DNA of 64,000 nucleotides. It comes from the human T2T-CHM13v2.0 reference genome, Homo sapiens. The translations under genes were made by a program, and so were the position numbers. Of the stretch, positions 53,371 to 64,000 are shown one piece after another (positions within the stretch are counted from its first letter, which is position 1; each line of letters starts with the position of its first letter). A model generated the notes under the pieces. The model had not been told where the DNA came from. It did not search any database and was given only the letters and a program-made list of their open reading frames with translations. The stretch lies in the NCBI RefSeq assembly GCF_009914755.1, contig NC_060935.1; one strand, given 5' to 3'.

Positions 53371-54989
53371 TACGGCAATACTCAAGAGAGCAAGTGTGGA
53401 TAGCTTGGGTTCATGAGGTTTTTGGTTTTTGTCAAAAGCATAAATGTATACTGAAACTACCCAGAAAAAGCAAAGTATAAAACAGTATGCTACCATTTGT
53501 GCCCATAAATGGGATATGTGTAGTGTAAATGCATAGAATTTGACCAGATGTATACCCAGAGACCAGAACACTCAGTGGCCTCATGTTCATACTTTGGCAA
53601 ACACATGTATAGTATCCTTAACTTAAATGTACCATTGTTGTGTGCATTCTAGTGTTATTGACATTTACATATCTATTATCAAGTCAGATAAATCATTCTG
53701 TGTCTTTGTATTTTCACTTCCTATTTTGTATATTTATGTATACATACACACATACCAATACATATTTAAATAAGGTATAACTTCACCTGGTCCAAAAATC
53801 AAAACAACGTAGAAAGGTTTACAGTGAAAGGTCGCATCCCTGATGCTGTCCTCTTCCCCCAGGTGATCACCTTATTGGTTTCTTTTCATACCTTTCAGCA
53901 TTTTCTCCTGCAAGCACAGATATTCTAACTCCTCCTTTTTTACACAGAATTTTTTTTTACATAGCATTCTTCTGCACCTTCCTTCTCCCACTTCACAATG
54001 CACATGGAGATTTTTCCGTATTTGTACATCAGGAGCTTCCTCTTTCTTTGTTACCACATTAAATTCCACTGGGTAGATGTACCATAATTTAACTGGGTCC
54101 TTATTGAAAGACAATTGAGCTGTCTCCTAGACAAAGCCTTGTGCACCTTCCCGAACAGAGGGTCTAACCAAGCAGGCAGGATGGGGTTATAAAGTAGGTG
54201 GGGAGGTGGGAGAGACTCCACCCTCCCAGGTGGGCTGAGGATGGAGGTAAGGCCCTGCAACAGGACAGAGGGAAAAGTGGGGATGAGACATGGGAGGCGA
54301 GATAGCGCTCACTGTTCTCGCTCAGCCCCCTCCTCCATTTGCCGCTGACCTGTTGGCCTCCCCCAACCTCTGAGCCTGCCTCTGCCTAGGTAATTTCCCA
54401 AGACCCAGGAGGGGTGAAGGGTGAGGTGCGATTGCCCCCACCTCCTTGCCTCCCGCAGCATCTGCTCCAGGACCATGAACAATAGCTGACAGCTCCATGG
54501 CCCTTGCTGTCCCCATCTCAGCTTCCCTGGGCATCTAAACCTCAGTTGCCGTGGGGTAGGAGGACAGGCTGAGGAAGCAGAAGCCTGAGGCTGTCTAGAG
54601 TCTCACTCCTGCATCAGCAGGCCACCACCTGTGGTTCCTCCTTGTGCAAATTTGAGAGGAATTGCATAAAACACTGGAGAAATCCAAGAGGGGAAGTCCA
54701 CAAGGGCGGTGGCTCCCTCCATGATCTCAGAGCAAGCTGGTGTCAGAACCTGGACCTAGAGCACTGTTGGGTGGGAAGTAGGAGGAGAGTCCTGCCTCCA
54801 GGCCAGCCGGGGAAGGGCTCCCTCTCACCTCTACACGCAGCGCATTTCTTGGCTCAGCTGCCCTGTAGGGGATGCAGGGTGGGGACAGCAGAGATCTGGG
54901 CCTGGGAGGGAGACAGTACACAATCACATGGCTGTTGCCCCTCCCTCAGGCCTTGTCTACCTCTGACTGTGGCTCTCTGGCAGGAATAG

Positions 54990-55214
<225 letters not shown>

Positions 55215-56210
55215 TAGCAGGGTGAAGTCAGCTGTGGAAGGTGATGAAGGCAGAGGATGACTGCTGTGATCCTGGAGGGCCTCCCCTGGGAGGACACCAA
55301 ATCTACAATAATAAAGGAACCACATACCTAACACCCACTATGAGCCTATGAGCCTTGTGCTTTCACTCATGCCATGTTAGTGAATATGCCCAAAGGGCAG
55401 GGTGGGTGCGTGGTAGTCTCTACTTACGCAAATGAGGAAATAGGCCCAGAGAGGGCGCAGGTGCAAGTGGGAAATGAGGAGAGGGACTGTCCATACCTTT
55501 CCCAGCCTTAATTGTGTGCCAGCCCACAGAGCTCAATGGCACAGTAGAAGAGGAGCTGGGCCCATCATGGTCATGGTGCAGCCTACATGTACAAACAGTC
55601 CAGGTTTCCACCCCCATTAGGTACTGAAGAGACAACGACCAATCCAATATGCTGGGGAGACTTCCCAGGCAAGAGACCATTGGCCTTGACCTGGGAAGAT
55701 GAGTAAGAGTTTTCTAGGAGGAAAAAGCGGGAAAGGGCAGCCTGGTAGAGGACAGCATGCACACAGGTCAGAGGGTGATGGCACGAGCAATGGCGGGTCC
55801 AGTGTGGCCAGAGCCAGCGGTGCCACTGCCCACAAGGAAGGGGAGGGGAGGCCAGGGCCCTCATGCCACAGGTAAGGCCACTGAGGCAGCTCGGGGAGTA
55901 TGAGCTCCAATTTGAATTCCAAGCTCAGGAGAGTGCCTGTATTTCATTTCTCTGGTCTCCTGGCCTGCTCCCTAGAAGGGTTCACATTCCCAGAGGGTGA
56001 GGATGTGCCCAGGGAGAGACTGTGGCATGGACAGGCTCCGAGGGCTAAAGCAAAGAGAGGACAGCCTGGAAGCCCTGTGACATCTGAGTCATTCCCAACA
56101 TTCCATTTGCTTATTTTAAAATCAGGGTAAAATTTAAAATAAATAAATAAAATAAGTTCTCCATTTTAGCCATTTTTAACTGTACAGGTCAGTGGCATTA
56201 AGTATGCTCA

Positions 56211-56525
<315 letters not shown>

Positions 56526-57940
56526 TCATGTGGTTGTGCAACCATCACCACCATCCATCTCCTGACCTCTTTCATTCTCCAAAACTGAAATGGAAACTTT
56601 GTGCCCACCACTTCATTTGCTTTTCAGAACCTTCTAAAGCACCTACTCTTTGCCAAGAAATGGTGCAGATGTAGACTTTGAGAGATACAGATGATTATCA
56701 TTCTCAGGGCCATGAGCTATATGAGAGTGATGATATTTGTTGGGCCACTTCTATAGCCAGGGAGTACTTTTCATTATATTCAGTAACTCTTTCAGAGGCA
56801 GAAACCCCTGACCCTGACTGGCAAAACCCATGTCTGCCAAACCCCAAGACCCATGATGTGCAAGGGGTCTTGCAGGAAGACCAAGAGTTGGGACAGCCAA
56901 GGAAAAGCAAGTGTGAAGTTGTGCTGGCGGGGAAGCATGTTCTGTGTCGGCCGGCACTGGGCGTGGTGGCCCAGTGGGTAGGTCTGGCTCCACTCCCATG
57001 GATTTCCCTATTGTTTCTCCTGGTTGCTCAGACCTGTCACGCCTCTGCCATCACTTGACCCTAGGTGCAAGGGTTCAGCCCAGAAATGTTATGCAATTGA
57101 CTCATGATTTCTCAGGTTTTCTGCATCCTGGCCTAGAGTGATTTCCAAAGAAAAACCTCCACCATTTCTGCTTGTCTTGCCTGCATTGTATTTACCTTTC
57201 TAGGATTGCCTTTTCCACATTTAGTCAAGCCCGGGTTCAGGCCCACGTTCAGGCTACAGCTCCTCTGTTCCCCCACCACTCTCAGGATCTATTTGGAGTC
57301 TCCTTGCCTGGACTTCCAGACCCTGGAAAAGCCACACCAGCCCCTTGACCTCCACCCTCCCCCACAACCTGGGCCAGGTTCCTCTCCTTCCTGTCCTGAG
57401 TTAAATCTTAACCCTACTATATACCACAGGTGTAGCTTACTGAAACGCTGTAAAAATGGGTTTAAGGATTCATACTGGGTTGTTAAGAGGATAAAGTGCA
57501 AAAGCCTCAGGGACTTTGCACCTATGGTTTTCTATGCCTGAGTGTTCTTTATCTTCCCTGTACACACAGCCCATCCACCCATTAAAACTATACCCTCCAT
57601 GAGGCTAGAGATGTTACTTGCTTTGTTCACTGGGGTGTTCCTAGGACCTATCACAGTGCCTGATGTCTAATAAGCACTCAGTTAATATTGGCTGGATGCA
57701 AAATGAATAATATAAATAAGCTGAATAACATGAAATAACTTTTTCAACCATTAAGAGCTGTACAAACAATAATTACTGTCCCAGACAGTGGCTCCCCTCT
57801 ATTATGCTCCGTTAAAAGCCAATATTGGCCAGGCGTGATGGCTCACATCTGTAATCTTAGCACTTTGGGAAGCTGAGATGAGAGGATTGCTTGAGCCCAG
57901 GAGTTTGAGACTAGCCTGGGAACCATAGTGAGACCCCATC

Positions 57941-59059
<1,119 letters not shown>

Positions 59060-59319
59060 CTACAGTGAGCTATAATTGCACCACAGCACTCCAGCATGTG
59101 CAACAGAGAGAGACCTGTCTCAAATAAATAAATAAATAAGGGAAAAATGCACCAATATTGTAATTGCCTGTGTTCCCAGGTGGGGACTCCTCAAGGGCCC
59201 TCCCTAGGAAGTGTTCCTCTGGATGACCTACCTGGGGCAGAGGAGCCAGAATATGGGGGAGATGGCTGCGGTGGTGAGGGACTTAGTCCTGTGTCTTCCC
59301 CACCCAGTGCAGTCCCTAG

Positions 59320-59499
<180 letters not shown>

Positions 59500-59529
59500 T
59501 GAGTGCCATTCCCACAAACATGAACCTCA

Positions 59530-60174
<645 letters not shown>

Positions 60175-60182
60175 TGAGGTGA

Positions 60183-60383
<201 letters not shown>

Positions 60384-60407
60384 TGAGGGAGTGGCCGCTG
60401 CATCTAG

Positions 60408-60521
<114 letters not shown>

Positions 60522-61073
60522 TGATCCAAGAAGGGTCCCCTGGGGTTCTTCCGACAACCTATCCTAATAGACAAATCCACATGTGTCTTGTGTCTTGTAA
60601 TCTGGGGACAAGTGGGTTGGAGTGACACATTGCTTCATCTTTCCTATTGATAGTCCCCGAATCAGGCTGGAACTGGCTTGACATTCACTGGGAAGTAGGC
60701 TGTGGAGGTTGAGCCAGAATCTAGGTATCTATCTATCCCTCAGCCTGGTTCTCCTGAGACCCTCCCGCTCACACAAAGCTCATTACCCCCACACTATACA
60801 CGGACAAAAGCGCAGGTGGAAGGAAGATGGGCAGAAACAGGAGATGAGTTATTGGGCTTCAGGTGGGGAAGACAGTTTATTTCCTCTTCCCTCACTAGAT
60901 GTGGGCTGGGAGGAGATACTGTTTGGAGAGGAGGGTCTCAATGATAAACACCTGCCTTGTTTTTATTTGTTTGAGACTGGGGTCTTGCTATGTTGCCCAG
61001 GCTAGTCTTGAACTCCTGGGCCCCAGCGATCTTCATTCCTTGGCCTCCCAATGTGCTGGGATTATTGCAGTAG

Positions 61074-61782
<709 letters not shown>

Positions 61783-64000
61783 ATCTTGTACCTAGTGGAA
61801 TGTTATACTGAATTCCAGAAAGGGTTATTGGGTCAAGAGTATGTATAATTTTGATAGTTACAACTTTATAGAGATTTTATCAATGTGGCTCCTCCACCAG
61901 CAAAGCATGAGAGTGCCTGTTTCTCCGCTGGGTGTGTGAGAGCTCACACCTGTGATCCAGCACTTTGAGATTCTGAGGCAGGAGAATCTCTCGACCCCAG
62001 GAGCTCAAGATCAGCCTGGGCAACATGGTGAAACCCCATCTCTACAAAAAACTAAAAAAATCAGCTGGGCATGGTGGTGTGTGCCTATAGTCCCAACTAC
62101 CAGGGAAGCTGAGGTGAGAGAATCACTTGAGCCCTGAGAGGTTGAGGCTACAATGAGCTGTGATTGTGCCACTGCACTCCAGCCTGTGCGACAGAGCGAG
62201 ACCTTGTCTCAAAAAAAAAAAAAAAAAAACAGAGAGAGAGAGTGCCTGTTTCTCCACAACCTTGTCAACACAGTATGCCATCAAACTTTGGTTTTCTGCT
62301 CATCTTACAGGTGGGGAAAAGGGCAGCTCAGTCCAGTTTTCATCTGCCATTGTTCTGAGATCTTTCCATGTTGACCTATTGAGATGTTAAATTACTAGGT
62401 AATAATCCATTCTATGTGTACATCACACTGAATTCAGTCACATACTGATGGGCATTGGAAGGAATGGGGTTCTTTTATGATCTTGACATTGCTGAAAGCC
62501 ACAGGCCAGTTATTTGGTAGAATACTGCTCCATTTGGGTTTGTTTCCTCATGATTCACTGAGGTTACACATTTTGGGCACGAATACCCTACACAGTTATT
62601 CCATGCATCGTAACAGGAGGCACGTGGTGAGGGGTTTGCCCATTCCTGGTGAGGTTAACTTTGATCTTTTGGTTGAGATCATGTCTCCCAGGTTTCTCCA
62701 CTACACTTTCCCCTTTGTAAGTAATAAATATGTTGTAGGGAGAGACTGGGGACTATAGATACTCTATTCATCAGCACACTTCCACCTACATGTTCCACTG
62801 TCTGATGGACCTTTTTTAAAAAAGTAAAAACAAAACCGAAATGTGTCTTATTATGTTACAGCTCTTTCACCAATCTTTCAATGCTTTCCAGTGGTATCAA
62901 CTGTAAAAACTAAACTTCTTCAAATTAGCACAGAAGACCATGCCCCTCCTTTGAGCCCTCAAGCCAAATCTTCCCCACACCACCCCATAAATGAGCTCCA
63001 GTCACACTTCTCATGTTGGGGGTCTTTGCTCCAGCAACTCCTCTGCGTGCCTGAAATGTTTTTCATTAATCCTCTGCAGACTGACCTGTTGTGGCCACTT
63101 AGATGATAACCTACAATTCCCCCCTAAAATGACTTCTGACCACTCAGCCTAAAGAAGCCACCCAGCCAGCTGATTTCTCATCACATCATTCTGTGCCCTT
63201 GCGTGGATTTTTGTCTACTGTGTTTGTTGTCAGCCTTTCTCCTAACAAAACATACTCTCCCCAAAGCAGGGCTGTGTCTGTGTCATTTTATGCTATATCC
63301 CCAGAGTCTGGGTCAGTGCCTGGCACCGAGAATGTGCTCAGTAAGTTAAGGAATCGCTGCATCCATTCTGTCAGTCAACAAGTCCTTCTGAGCATCCAGT
63401 TCACTGGCCCATGCTGGTCTCAGCCAACAGAAAGGGAATTGAGTTCCTTGCAAGGTCTGGTGGGGACAGACAGTTCTGAGAACCAGTGACTCTTAGAACA
63501 AGGAGATGAGGCTTTCACAGAGGGAAGCACAGAGTGTGGTGTTATTCTGCTGAAGCCCAAAGAGGTCAGGGAAGGCTTCCAAAGGAGTGTTTGCCAAGCA
63601 CAAAACAGCACGGGGAATGGCATTCCGTGGACAGGTCTCAGCAAGTGCAAAGGCTTAGAGGTAATAGAAGTGCGAGCAGAATTCCAGGGTGGCTGAGAGA
63701 GAAGTTATGTGGGGAGTGGGCAGCGGTTAAGGCCAAAGAAGAAACACTGGATCTGCATTCCTTAGGACGGTGCCCTGTGGGCCCCTCACAGAGCTTCTCT
63801 CCTGCAACTGCTAGGTGAAAGAAGGCAGGCTTAGAATCGGACTGAGATCAGTAGTTTCTGCAGCTGGGAAGATGAGTGAGGTGAGATTGCATGTGTGATA
63901 GGCTGGCACTCAGGGAAGACCTCAGGGTTCTCTCCTCCCCACTCTGAGGCCCCTCTCCTGCTTCCTGAAGCCCAGAGTCTCCACCTCTGTGAGCCAAACA

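Overview
Human (primate) genomic DNA, dense in Alu, L1 and ERV sequence, that I recognise as the folate-receptor cluster (human 11q13.4). All four gene-derived features are on the + strand. (1) A processed ribulose-5-phosphate 3-epimerase pseudogene at ~14.2-14.8 kb. (2) FOLR3 (secreted folate receptor gamma; coding exons 18839-19006, 21847-22033, 22231-22366, 22471-22715), here as the 2-bp-deletion allele with TGA at codon 107. (3) A 5'-truncated FOLR1-like pseudogene at 41378-42281. (4) A second, disabled FOLR3 copy at 54990-60524. Positions 16369-~25530 and 50300-64000 are two copies of a segmental duplication with patchy identity and copy-specific insertions (THE1, L1PA, Alus). The spacer holds several ERV remnants: MER41 LTR plus internal sequence, LTR17, LTR5_Hs, MER61-like, and a two-LTR element with gag/env relics. 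I see no wholly new multi-gene system. The most interesting signal is an upstream splice acceptor that would exactly restore the FOLR3 reading frame on the deletion allele (287 aa). Next come the reciprocal pseudogenisation and gene-conversion pattern, the fossil record of GPI-anchor loss, and a copy-specific GAA expansion. Repeat subfamily names and identity figures are by eye or from memory and need RepeatMasker and alignment to confirm.
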